Below are positions 33,418-41,494 of a stretch of DNA of 64,000 nucleotides, in pieces. The stretch lies in sequence record OR525698.1; one strand, given 5' to 3'. The position numbers were made by a program, and so were the translations under genes. Positions within the stretch are counted from its first letter, which is position 1. Every line of letters starts with the position of its first letter. The notes beneath the pieces were generated by a model, which had not been told where the DNA came from, ran no database searches, and was given only the letters and a program-made list of their open reading frames with translations. Source of the stretch: Escherichia phage vB-Eco-KMB43.

Positions 33418-34005
33418 CTAAATATCTAACCAAGACAAGTCAGATCCGCCCAAGATTTTTTCGACGGCGGATCTATTTTCTTGATGATATAAGTTAAAAC
33501 ATGGTATCCCATGTCTACGGGCAACATAAACAGCAATTCTAGTTCCTCCCGAAACGATTCCATTAACTTCTTTCGCCCAAAATATCACACAATCTACCGG
33601 ATCATCAAGTGTCTCACCTAAGACTTGAGCAACATTTCTAGAAAACAGATTTTGCATGTATAACGGTATAGAACGAGGATTATCATAAACATGTTCTAAT
33701 TCATCCATCGCCAGATTTTTTTGTTCTAAGGTTTGCCATGCAATCACATCATGACCGTTATGCTTGTGGTCATAAAACTTCCAATTTGGAATGAAAATTT
33801 TTCTATAATCTGGATCGTAATACTTCATGAAAGCATTGTCCATACCGTAAGCCCCTCCAGAATGCGCTACAACGCGATTTTCTGACAATACCCTCCCAAT
33901 GGTACTAGCCATTATCAAAATGTCGCTAGGCGCTTTTCTAGAGCCGATTAAAGCACATCTACGAAGTGGTTTTACTCCAAATAGATCTTGTAACTGGTCA
34001 AACAT
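33418..34005 (-). CDS. DprA/Smf-like (SLOG-type Rossmann) domain protein
   Basis: 195 aa; motifs LIGSRKAP, HSGGAYGMD, LFSRNVAQVLG, SGGTRIAVYVARRHGIP matching the DprA core pattern GSR / SG.A.G.D / RNR / SGS..TA. Confidence 0.45.
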   Translation of the reverse strand: MFDQLQDLFGVKPLRRCALIGSRKAPSDILIMASTIGRVLSENRVVAHSGGAYGMDNAFMKYYDPDYRKIFIPNWKFYDHKHNGHDVIAWQTLEQKNLAMDELEHVYDNPRSIPLYMQNLFSRNVAQVLGETLDDPVDCVIFWAKEVNGIVSGGTRIAVYVARRHGIPCFNLYHQENRSAVEKILGGSDLSWLDI

Positions 34006-34158
34006 AATATTTCCTCCATAGAAAGCAATATCATACTACAAGTTAATAACAAATACAAGTATCCGCGTAGCGGAAGCGAGCACAGCGAGCATTAAAAACA
34101 CTTCCAGTAATTGATTAATAAATGTTCGAAACAAATTTTTATTATTTTATAAGATAAG

Positions 34159-34329
34159 TCTTCGTTTTGATCATAATTTAAACATACATGTAAAACTACA
34201 CAAAAGGATATCGCTTCGCGAACTCCTACGGAGTATAACATTTGTGTTACAATATGTAGTGATTAATAATTAACCAAAGATACATTTTCTATGTTCTAAA
34301 GATCTTTCTTCGTTTTGATCATAATTTAA
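34159..34329. repeat. pair of direct repeats (23-bp core TCTTCGTTTTGATCATAATTTAA at 34159-34181 and 34307-34329) in AT-rich non-coding region
   Basis: two identical 23-mers plus shared downstream CATGTAAA(A)CT about 148 bp apart. Confidence 0.6.
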
Positions 34330-34385
34330 TCAAACAGTATTAATATTGTGCACATGTAAACTAAAATTATGTTAATAATAGATAC

Positions 34386-34410
34386 AAAAAAGCCGCCCAG
34401 AAGGACGGCT
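34386..34410 (-). terminator. rho-independent terminator (minus strand)
   Basis: AGCCGCCCAGAAGGACGGCT hairpin with T-run on the minus strand, just downstream of the ORF ending at 34419. Confidence 0.6.
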
Positions 34411-34418
34411 AATGTTAA

Positions 34419-34856
34419 TTATTTGTTGATAACGATCTGATTTCGGCGAATGGTAACATTACTCTTAGAGATGATCAGATCATCCGGCACTACGTTAGTT
34501 TTGTATGGTTGGAATCGAACAAGCATCTGATTGCGTTTAGACCCTTCCTTAATCTTGATTTCCATCTGGATATTGTTGCCTACGTGAGCAACCGCAATTT
34601 CACCTTTATTCTCATAGACCCACTTGCTGGTAACGTCTCCAGCAAAAGCCTTAATAACTTGCAATGCTTCGTCGTATGCGGTAGAGCTGTGAACTTTCAG
34701 AAGGCCAGCCGTAGCAAGACGGGAGCAGGTGATCGCCGGAGATTGCCAAACATCAACATTAATTTGCTCAATCATAGTAACACCGCCCTGATCAACTGCT
34801 TTGAATGCTTCGAACATTGCCTTTTTCATTGCTACGTGGTTTTTACGGAATTTCAT
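34419..34856 (-). CDS. hypothetical protein (145 aa)
   Basis: ORF in the 24.x position; no recognised motifs. Confidence 0.4.
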   Translation of the reverse strand: MKFRKNHVAMKKAMFEAFKAVDQGGVTMIEQINVDVWQSPAITCSRLATAGLLKVHSSTAYDEALQVIKAFAGDVTSKWVYENKGEIAVAHVGNNIQMEIKIKEGSKRNQMLVRFQPYKTNVVPDDLIISKSNVTIRRNQIVINK

Positions 34857-34902
34857 AATTATTCACCTCTATTGATTAGTTATTCAGAATATTAATTACA
34901 AA

Positions 34903-35178
34903 TTAGGACATTGCCCGTTTGAATGCGTCCATTATAACAGTGTTATTTGGCTTGTCAACACGTTTTTGAACTTTATTTTTAAATTTTTTGTTGATGTGGT
35001 GTTTACGATAAACAACCTTTTCACGGCTGGCGTAAGCCTCGCGTGCATCTTTTACCATCAACCATTCCTTAGCCGCATCTTGTCCGCTGATCCCGCCAAT
35101 CTTCTTAGCAATATCAACAAAATTAAGACCGTGGTCTTCGCGTAGCATGTAAACCATTAACGCTGTTTTCTTGTCCAT
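34903..35178 (-). CDS. hypothetical basic protein (about 91 aa from ATG 35178; alternative start 35286)
   Basis: ATG overlapping the stop of the upstream ORF (TGATG coupling); basic C-terminus. Confidence 0.35.
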   Translation of the reverse strand: MDKKTALMVYMLREDHGLNFVDIAKKIGGISGQDAAKEWLMVKDAREAYASREKVVYRKHHINKKFKNKVQKRVDKPNNTVIMDAFKRAMS

Positions 35179-35375
35179 CACTTCGCCCCATTGACGATTA
35201 ACAGGATAGTGATCAGTACCGGAAACTGGATCATGACAGTACCAAAAAACCGGATAAACGCATTTTCCGACTTCCACACATGACATGCGACTAGCTGATA
35301 GACCATTGTTGCAACCAAAGCCAGAAAATACATCTCGATTGGTGCTTCTTTGATCAATCGTACAACCTCATTCAT
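35178..35375 (-). CDS. small hydrophobic (membrane) protein, 65 aa
   Basis: strong SD GAGGTGA 5 nt upstream of ATG 35375; two hydrophobic stretches. Confidence 0.4.
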   Translation of the reverse strand: MNEVVRLIKEAPIEMYFLALVATMVYQLVACHVWKSENAFIRFFGTVMIQFPVLITILLIVNGAK

Positions 35376-35569
35376 ACTTCACCTCATACATTCATAAACA
35401 CAACAACGAATAGGACAGTAACAGTTATTAAAGCCATTTTCAACCCCATATTCATAATATTTTCCTCATAGGGTAACGCCCTGTCGATGCGTGCCATTAT
35501 AGGCATCTAAATCGCTCTGTCAAGCACAAAAACAAAAAAGCCACCCCGAAGGATGGCTGATAGATTTCA

Positions 35570-36784
35570 TTAAGCAGGATGCGTTTCACGAATGCGTAGA
35601 ACTCGCTCTAACGTCTCTCGGTCCAGTTTATGTAACTTTTTGGACTGATACATGAAACCATTGCGAGATTCCATGCAAGTGCAATCACTATATTTTTCTT
35701 CCGCTGCCGCGATTGTCTCCAGATCTTTGGCGTACTTGCTGGTTGAATAAACTTCTCGGTTACGCCACTCTAACCCAGCCTCATTGAATTTAACAATCTC
35801 GTCAAATACCCACCATCCAATGTAGATAAATGAAGTTTTGCGCCACGGGATCGGGTGTACGTAACGAAACATTTTAACAACTTCCATTGAACATTTTCTA
35901 CTTGTACTTGTTGCAACTTCTACTGTTTCATCTTCGATCTGTTGATATAGTTTAGCAACACACCAGAATTTGGCTGTGTCATCGTAAGTAGCACTCTCTT
36001 TGAACAGATGACCGTCTGGCATGATAGAAAATCCTTCCTGTGCTTCGCCGACCTCACTACCGATCAGAGTCGGTGACAGTTGCCCTTCGCGCTGCAAATA
36101 CCAGTTATATTTGATCGTCAATTCAGGCATACCGCTAGAATCGCCTACAATGTTCTCTGACACAACATAATTAAGTAAGATCTCATTACCTAGTGCCACG
36201 GTCTTTGATTCCACCACATCCTGATCTACGTTCATTGTTGCCAGCATGATTTTAGTCGATGCGCTAGCGGCTGAATCTTCCGACTCACCCCACACTTTTA
36301 CAGTATACACGCCGTTTTTATCTGCTGTAAATTTTTGGATCGTAATATCCTGTGTTGTGTCTATAACGTCTTCGCCCTTACTCCAACTATAATGTAGTTC
36401 ATAGTTGTCTGCTGGAGTATTCCCACCAGAAAATTTTACTGTTGCATGTAATTCTACGTCTGTTTGTGATGATACGTAGAAATGCTGCGGTTCGGTGATA
36501 TTTACGATTAATTCAGCTTCTTCCATGAGGAAAACTTCAGATTCTACTGATTCCGTCGTATCGGTATCTTGTACCGTTACTTTATAGCTACCCGCATTTT
36601 CACTTGTTGCACCTACTACAGATAGCGTAGCTGTGCTATTTTCATGTGGTTGGTCGTCTTTTGTCCATGTATATGTCAAATTGCTGGGTAATGGTTCGTC
36701 ACCCGCTACAGTCGCCGTTAAGGTGAAACCATCTCCAGCAAGAAAACATCTTTTGTCAGATTTAATTGATACTGTGAAAGTCAT
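35570..36784 (-). CDS. hoc: Hoc-like outer capsid decoration protein with Ig-like domains
   Basis: 404 aa; repeated Ig-like segments (LTYTWTKDD..., GSYKVTV, YTVKVWG); hoc position upstream of inh on the minus strand. Confidence 0.6.
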   Translation of the reverse strand: MTFTVSIKSDKRCFLAGDGFTLTATVAGDEPLPSNLTYTWTKDDQPHENSTATLSVVGATSENAGSYKVTVQDTDTTESVESEVFLMEEAELIVNITEPQHFYVSSQTDVELHATVKFSGGNTPADNYELHYSWSKGEDVIDTTQDITIQKFTADKNGVYTVKVWGESEDSAASASTKIMLATMNVDQDVVESKTVALGNEILLNYVVSENIVGDSSGMPELTIKYNWYLQREGQLSPTLIGSEVGEAQEGFSIMPDGHLFKESATYDDTAKFWCVAKLYQQIEDETVEVATSTSRKCSMEVVKMFRYVHPIPWRKTSFIYIGWWVFDEIVKFNEAGLEWRNREVYSTSKYAKDLETIAAAEEKYSDCTCMESRNGFMYQSKKLHKLDRETLERVLRIRETHPA

Positions 36785-36953
36785 ATAAAGCCACTCCCAT
36801 AGAAAATCCGAATTTAATTAATTGAAATAGTTGATTGCCATCAACCAGATAACCATTGCGAGATTCCAATACATGAGTATTAGAATAGTGATGTAACGAG
36901 GCCGAAATAGTATCGATCTCGTCTGGGTATTTGTTCTGTTTGATGTAATACAT
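36762..36953 (-). other. short ORF resembling the Hoc C-terminal segment (possible duplicated fragment or mini-gene)
   Basis: 63-aa ORF; peptide NKYPDEIDTISASLHHYSNTHVLESRNGYL parallels Hoc SKYAKDLETIAAAEEKYSDCTCMESRNGFM; 18-nt identity AACCATTGCGAGATTCCA at 36852-36869 and 35656-35673; no SD. Confidence 0.3.
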
Positions 36954-37049
36954 TGATTTTGTTAGAAATGTAGTATCCTCTTTTTAATTGCATAACGGAA
37001 CTACAATTAAAATTATAACAAATATTTCACAACTTTTATCACCCAAAAA

Positions 37050-37775
37050 TTACTTGAGTGTGTGGAATTGGCTGTGTTTAGTCTCTCGCACCTTGACAGA
37101 CCCATCGCGTTTGATATAATAGATCAGCGACTTGAGGGTGTCGTGTACATACGCGTGCGGGAAACGTTCTGGATACTTCTTCCAATCTGGAGTATTAACG
37201 ATCCAGTCGAAAATCCACCACGGGCAGGAGTAGTAACCACGACCGCCACCGATCAAGCAAATGGTCGGACGGAAGCCAGTAAGATCGCAAAATGAATCAG
37301 TGTCATGTGCTGGGGAACGATGCTCTGCTTCGTTAGAGAAAATGTTGGCTACCGGAGATTCCACTTTAACTTCCGGTGCTTCTTCAACATCTGACTTAAC
37401 TTCTTCGACCACTGGTTCAACTGCCGGAGATTCTTCTTTTGTTTCTTCAATGACGATCTCAGGTTCTTTCATTGCTTCAACCAGAGACGGATCAACTTCG
37501 TCGAATACCACTTTATCATCTGCGGTGTCTGCTGCCAGAATAAGATCGTTAATACTGGTTCCTTCTGCCGGAGTTTCTTCTTCCATTTCGGAAGCCAGTT
37601 TAGTTAATTCTGTTTCTACGAACTCGATCATGTTCTCTAGCGAGAGCGTCTTTTTGACCTTTATATCAAATTGTTTTGCGTAGTCCGCTAATTCTGTTTT
37701 AGCGGCTTTCTGTGATTCTTTGTCGTCGGACGCCGCAATAGCGCGGAGTTCTTCGAAATATTCTTTATCAAACAT
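37050..37775 (-). CDS. inh: Inh-like protein (inhibitor of prohead protease), by position only
   Basis: 241 aa; acidic central region; location adjacent to hoc as in T4. Confidence 0.3.
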   Translation of the reverse strand: MFDKEYFEELRAIAASDDKESQKAAKTELADYAKQFDIKVKKTLSLENMIEFVETELTKLASEMEEETPAEGTSINDLILAADTADDKVVFDEVDPSLVEAMKEPEIVIEETKEESPAVEPVVEEVKSDVEEAPEVKVESPVANIFSNEAEHRSPAHDTDSFCDLTGFRPTICLIGGGRGYYSCPWWIFDWIVNTPDWKKYPERFPHAYVHDTLKSLIYYIKRDGSVKVRETKHSQFHTLK

Positions 37776-37801
37776 GTTATTCTCCTGATTGGGGGTGTTT
37801 G

Positions 37802-37809
37802 TATAAATA
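37802..37809 (+). promoter_or_regulatory. late promoter TATAAATA upstream of uvsW
   Basis: exact TATAAATA 37 nt upstream of ATG 37846. Confidence 0.5.
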
Positions 37810-37845
37810 TTTGTATACTGTATTTATTGAGTGAGGCTATTCGCT

Positions 37846-39330
37846 ATGCAAGATATTAAAATTCACTTTCTGAACTATTCCCATGTTCAAATTGAATGTA
37901 GCGATTCAATTTTATTAGAAATGCGAGATTATTTTAGTTTTGAAGTCGAGGGAGCGCGGTTTCAAAAAAGATTTAAGTATGGTGGATGGGATGGGCGTAT
38001 TCGTCTTTTAGACTACAACGGAAAGTTGCCTATCGGCCTAACTAAAACCGTGGGAATCTTCGCTAAAAATATGGGCTATAGCGTATGGGTAGATCCTCGC
38101 TTATTCGAAAAAGAACAAGTTACAGAAGAAGAAATTACAAAATGGTGTAATGACTTAGAATTATATTCCGGTGCTAACAGGATCACCCCGCACTGGTATC
38201 AATCAAAGGCTGTCTTTGAAGGTATCCATCATAAACGCCGTATGTTAGTTTTGCCTACGTCCGCTGGTAAATCTGCGATTGCTTGTATGTTGTCTCGCTG
38301 GTACTTAGAGAACTACGAAGGGAAAGTGCTGATCATCGTTCCTACCACGTCGCTAGTGCTGCAAATGCGTGATGACTTTGTTGATTATCGCCAGTTTCCT
38401 TATGAAGCAATTCATACTATCATGAGCGGTACTAGTAAACACGTAGGTGATCGCCTGATCGTTGTTAGTACGTGGCAATCAGCATGTAAACAGCCTCGTG
38501 AGTGGTTCCAACAATTCGGGATGGTTATTGTTGACGAATGTCACAAAGCCACTGCTAAAAACCTGCTAAACATCGTTACTGATATGGATCATTGCCAATT
38601 TAAGATCGGTATGACTGGTTCCCCTCGTGACGGGAAAGCTAACATGATGCAGTATGTCGGGCTTTTCGGTGATATTTCTAAGATCGTGAGTATTGACCGC
38701 CTGATGGAAGAAGGGCAGGTGACAAAACTGAAAATTAACTGTCTTTTCCTTCGTTATACCGATGAGGAATGTAGCGCGGTTAAGGGTAGAGAATATGCGG
38801 AAGAGATCAAGTATATTACGTCTAACCCACGACGAAATAAGTTTGCTTGTAATTTGGCGCTAAAACTCGCTAAGAAGGGCGAAAACGTATTCCTTATGTT
38901 CCGCAATACTAAGCACGGAAAACTTATGTATGACGCGTTACAGAAGGTACACGACAAGGTTTATTATATTGACGGTGGAGTTAAGACAGAAGAACGTGAT
39001 GAATTTAAGAAATTAGCGGAAGGGGAAACCGGGATCATTTGCGTTGCATCCTATGGTGTGTTCTCTACTGGTGTTTCAATTAAGAATTTGCACCATGTTA
39101 TTTTCGGTCATCCAGTGAAGGAATCAACTATCGTTCGTCAGAGTATCGGTCGTGCATTGCGTAAACATGGTTCTAAGGATATTGCAACGGTCTGGGATCT
39201 TATAGATCATCTGGCGGTGAAGACAAAGAGCAAGAATGCTAAGAAACAGTTTAGTCACCTTAATTATGCTCTTAAACACGCGCTTTTGAGGATACAGCTT
39301 TACAATACCGATAAATTTGAGTATGCTTAA
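37846..39330 (+). CDS. uvsW: UvsW SF2 DNA helicase
   Basis: helicase motifs LPTSAGKSAI (Walker A-like) and DECHK (DExH); ATG 37846 (MQDIKIHF) downstream of the promoter; T4 UvsW is about 500 aa. Confidence 0.75.
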   Translation: MQDIKIHFLNYSHVQIECSDSILLEMRDYFSFEVEGARFQKRFKYGGWDGRIRLLDYNGKLPIGLTKTVGIFAKNMGYSVWVDPRLFEKEQVTEEEITKWCNDLELYSGANRITPHWYQSKAVFEGIHHKRRMLVLPTSAGKSAIACMLSRWYLENYEGKVLIIVPTTSLVLQMRDDFVDYRQFPYEAIHTIMSGTSKHVGDRLIVVSTWQSACKQPREWFQQFGMVIVDECHKATAKNLLNIVTDMDHCQFKIGMTGSPRDGKANMMQYVGLFGDISKIVSIDRLMEEGQVTKLKINCLFLRYTDEECSAVKGREYAEEIKYITSNPRRNKFACNLALKLAKKGENVFLMFRNTKHGKLMYDALQKVHDKVYYIDGGVKTEERDEFKKLAEGETGIICVASYGVFSTGVSIKNLHHVIFGHPVKESTIVRQSIGRALRKHGSKDIATVWDLIDHLAVKTKSKNAKKQFSHLNYALKHALLRIQLYNTDKFEYA

Positions 39331-39380
39331 ACACGCGCTTTTGAGGATACAGCTTTACAATACCGATAAATTTGAGTATG
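39271..39380 (+). repeat. perfect tandem duplication, 2 x 55 bp, spanning the uvsW stop codon
   Basis: CTTAAACACGCGCTTTTGAGGATACAGCTTTACAATACCGATAAATTTGAGTATG at 39271-39325 and again at 39326-39380. Confidence 0.9.
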
Positions 39381-39446
39381 TCACGAAAACCATCGAGATT
39401 TAATAAATAGGGGCTTTAATGCCCCTTTATTCTACGGAGATTAAAA

Positions 39447-39683
39447 ATGATTAGCTTTAAACGTTTTTTGGTTGAGGCCGCTATTGACGGTTTCATGCGT
39501 AAGATTTATTCTTGTAATACTATCGAGGGATTAAATGAACTTGAGGCATATTATGAGAAGCGCAAGAAAGAAACAGAATTGAAACCTGCTGATGATATTT
39601 CGATCCGTGATGCCATCGCTGGACGCCGTAAGCAACTGGAAGCGGACAACGAGCCAGAAGATGAGCCGGAAGAGGATTTTTAA
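39447..39683 (+). CDS. uvsW.1: UvsW.1-like small protein
   Basis: 78 aa (T4 UvsW.1 76 aa) immediately downstream of uvsW; acidic C-terminus. Confidence 0.55.
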   Translation: MISFKRFLVEAAIDGFMRKIYSCNTIEGLNELEAYYEKRKKETELKPADDISIRDAIAGRRKQLEADNEPEDEPEEDF

Positions 39684-39689
39684 GATATA

Positions 39690-39713
39690 AAAAAGCCCCA
39701 TCATTGATGGGGC
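39690..39713 (-). terminator. hairpin terminator at convergence of uvsW.1 and the uvsY operon
   Basis: GCCCCATCATTGATGGGGC palindrome with T-run on the minus strand. Confidence 0.55.
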
Positions 39714-39746
39714 AAAATAAACCAATTAAAATCGGTTATCAACAAA

Positions 39747-39923
39747 TTACATTAACAGCATTGTTTGCTCTACGAGTTGTTCTTGTTCTTCGCCGTTCGC
39801 ATCTTCACTAATCGAACGTTCTGTTACTAGCTGTAAGCAGTAGCCAGTGTGAACAACGCCGTTTTCTGTCTGGACGGATAACGCATCCTCGACAGGTTGT
39901 TTACAACAAATACAGATTTTCAT
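39747..39923 (-). CDS. small Cys-rich protein (58 aa), uvsY.-1/-2 position
   Basis: AGGAGG SD 7 nt upstream of ATG 39923; MKICICCKQP...GYCLQ cysteine cluster; not in ORF track (<60 aa). Confidence 0.45.
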   Translation of the reverse strand: MKICICCKQPVEDALSVQTENGVVHTGYCLQLVTERSISEDANGEEQEQLVEQTMLLM

Positions 39924-39944
39924 AAAAATTCCTCCTGCATGTAT

Positions 39945-40352
39945 TTAGCGACCAGATTCCAGCATACGCAATTCTATAGCATTCTTGATCGCAAAGCCAC
40001 GAGATTTAACGATATCAAGTGCGCGACCAGCAAAATCCATTACCATCTGGTAATATGCAATTTTCGTATCAAGTGGTAAGATCTCGTCGTCTGCTGCCAT
40101 GACAACTTTCAATTCTGATTTCTCATATTCAGCACGACACCAGTCATCACTACGGTTAGTGTAAAAATCAAGACGATTTTTCATAGCCTTTTTCTTTTTA
40201 GCCTCAAGAGCAATCGTCTCTCTTTTCGCCTCGCTGTAAATCCTTAACCACTTTGAGTATACTACCGGATTATTCAGCGCCTCCCATTGCAACTTAGTCG
40301 CATCGATCTTCATGTCAGCTTCTAATTGTTCTTTCAAATCGTTTAGGTCCAT
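39945..40352 (-). CDS. uvsY: UvsY recombination mediator
   Basis: 135 aa; strong resemblance to T4 UvsY as recalled (DLKEQLEADMKIDATKLQWEALNN..., C-terminal VKSRGFAIKNAIELRMLESG). Confidence 0.8.
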   Translation of the reverse strand: MDLNDLKEQLEADMKIDATKLQWEALNNPVVYSKWLRIYSEAKRETIALEAKKKKAMKNRLDFYTNRSDDWCRAEYEKSELKVVMAADDEILPLDTKIAYYQMVMDFAGRALDIVKSRGFAIKNAIELRMLESGR

Positions 40353-40399
40353 AATATCCCCTTATTCACACTAAGACCTATATCATATCACACACAAAA

Positions 40400-40786
40400 T
40401 CACTTTGCAAGTCTTATGCGTAGTTGTTCAAGATCATCTGGGTTATCTATTACTGAAAAGTAGATTGATACTATGATTGAGTTATCGTCGTACTGCGGAG
40501 TTACTTCTACTGTCAGGTTTCGGACCCGTGGTTCATAGTTTCGGATCGCCTCATTGATGTTTTTTGATAAGGTGTCCACTGTCAGTGGGTTCATGTTCTC
40601 AAACAGTGATTTATTGAGATCGCATCCAAACAGTGGATCAAATGGACGAGATCCCTTGCGAGTAGTCACGATCAGTAGAATAGAATCCTTAACCGCTTTA
40701 ATCCCTATGTTCTTTTTAACGTCGTTATTCCACGATCTGGATATATTGAGATCCAAATCAGTATACATCTGATTAATAGTTGCCAT
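40400..40786 (-). CDS. gp25: baseplate wedge protein gp25
   Basis: matches T4 gp25 as recalled (TTRKGSRPFDPLFGCDL, FSVIDNPDDLEQ); ATG 40786 with GAGGT SD; ORF-track start 40798 is a TTG. Confidence 0.8.
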   Translation of the reverse strand: MATINQMYTDLDLNISRSWNNDVKKNIGIKAVKDSILLIVTTRKGSRPFDPLFGCDLNKSLFENMNPLTVDTLSKNINEAIRNYEPRVRNLTVEVTPQYDDNSIIVSIYFSVIDNPDDLEQLRIRLAK

Positions 40787-40794
40787 GTTATACC

Positions 40795-41424
40795 TCAAAG
40801 AATTTTAAGGAAACTGGATAGACCTGATAATGAATATACACCAGATTCCCCGCATTCGCACTTGATCGGTACTGCCAGCGTGATTTGATTTCTTGTTAGC
40901 TCGTCGATCACTTCTTCCACTTTATCCGTGGTAAGCATATCCAGCACACGGTCAAAGTCCTGTGCGTTCAGGTCGTCTATATTGAATTGCTGATCGCCGA
41001 TCACGATATATTCGATACATGCAATTACCATCTGCATAATATCAACATCTTCTGTAAATTTAGGTTGACGAAACTTGATTTTTACTTGTCCTAAGTCTAG
41101 AATATATGGTTCAACTTCTGGTATCTGTGTGCGTGAAACATCAAGAGAATATACTTTCTCTTTATTGCATACACCACACACCCAAGTAGCATCAATTTTC
41201 ATCTTATTGAGGCTGTGACACCATAAGAGAAGAAAAATATATTCTGCTTCGCATTTCTCTAGCTCTAATGCATTGATCCCCGTACATTCATGTATGATCT
41301 CTATAACAACCTCTGACAGCTTGCCAGTCTCTTTTGCTGCTACCAGTTTTTGAAATTCGCCGAAGGTGAAAGCACGGGCGTGTATCAACTTTTCGCCTAA
41401 TTGGATCTTGAAAAAGTATTGCAT
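40795..41424 (-). CDS. gp26: baseplate hub protein gp26
   Basis: 209 aa (T4 gp26 208 aa) upstream of gp25 on the minus strand; CGVCNKEK zinc-ribbon-like motif. Confidence 0.6.
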   Translation of the reverse strand: MQYFFKIQLGEKLIHARAFTFGEFQKLVAAKETGKLSEVVIEIIHECTGINALELEKCEAEYIFLLLWCHSLNKMKIDATWVCGVCNKEKVYSLDVSRTQIPEVEPYILDLGQVKIKFRQPKFTEDVDIMQMVIACIEYIVIGDQQFNIDDLNAQDFDRVLDMLTTDKVEEVIDELTRNQITLAVPIKCECGESGVYSLSGLSSFLKIL

Positions 41425-41466
41425 AATAAAACACCCTTTATAAACACATAGAATTATTTAGTATTT

Positions 41467-41474
41467 TATAAATA
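41467..41474 (+). promoter_or_regulatory. late promoter TATAAATA upstream of gene 51
   Basis: exact TATAAATA about 21 nt upstream of ATG 41495. Confidence 0.5.
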
Positions 41475-41494
41475 CCCGAAAGGGGGATTATACC

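Noticed and set aside
37062-37683. Plus-strand ORFs (77 and 140 aa) inside the inh-like gene
   Set aside because: Antisense, Ser/Thr-rich low-complexity products; the minus-strand frame is continuous and fits synteny.
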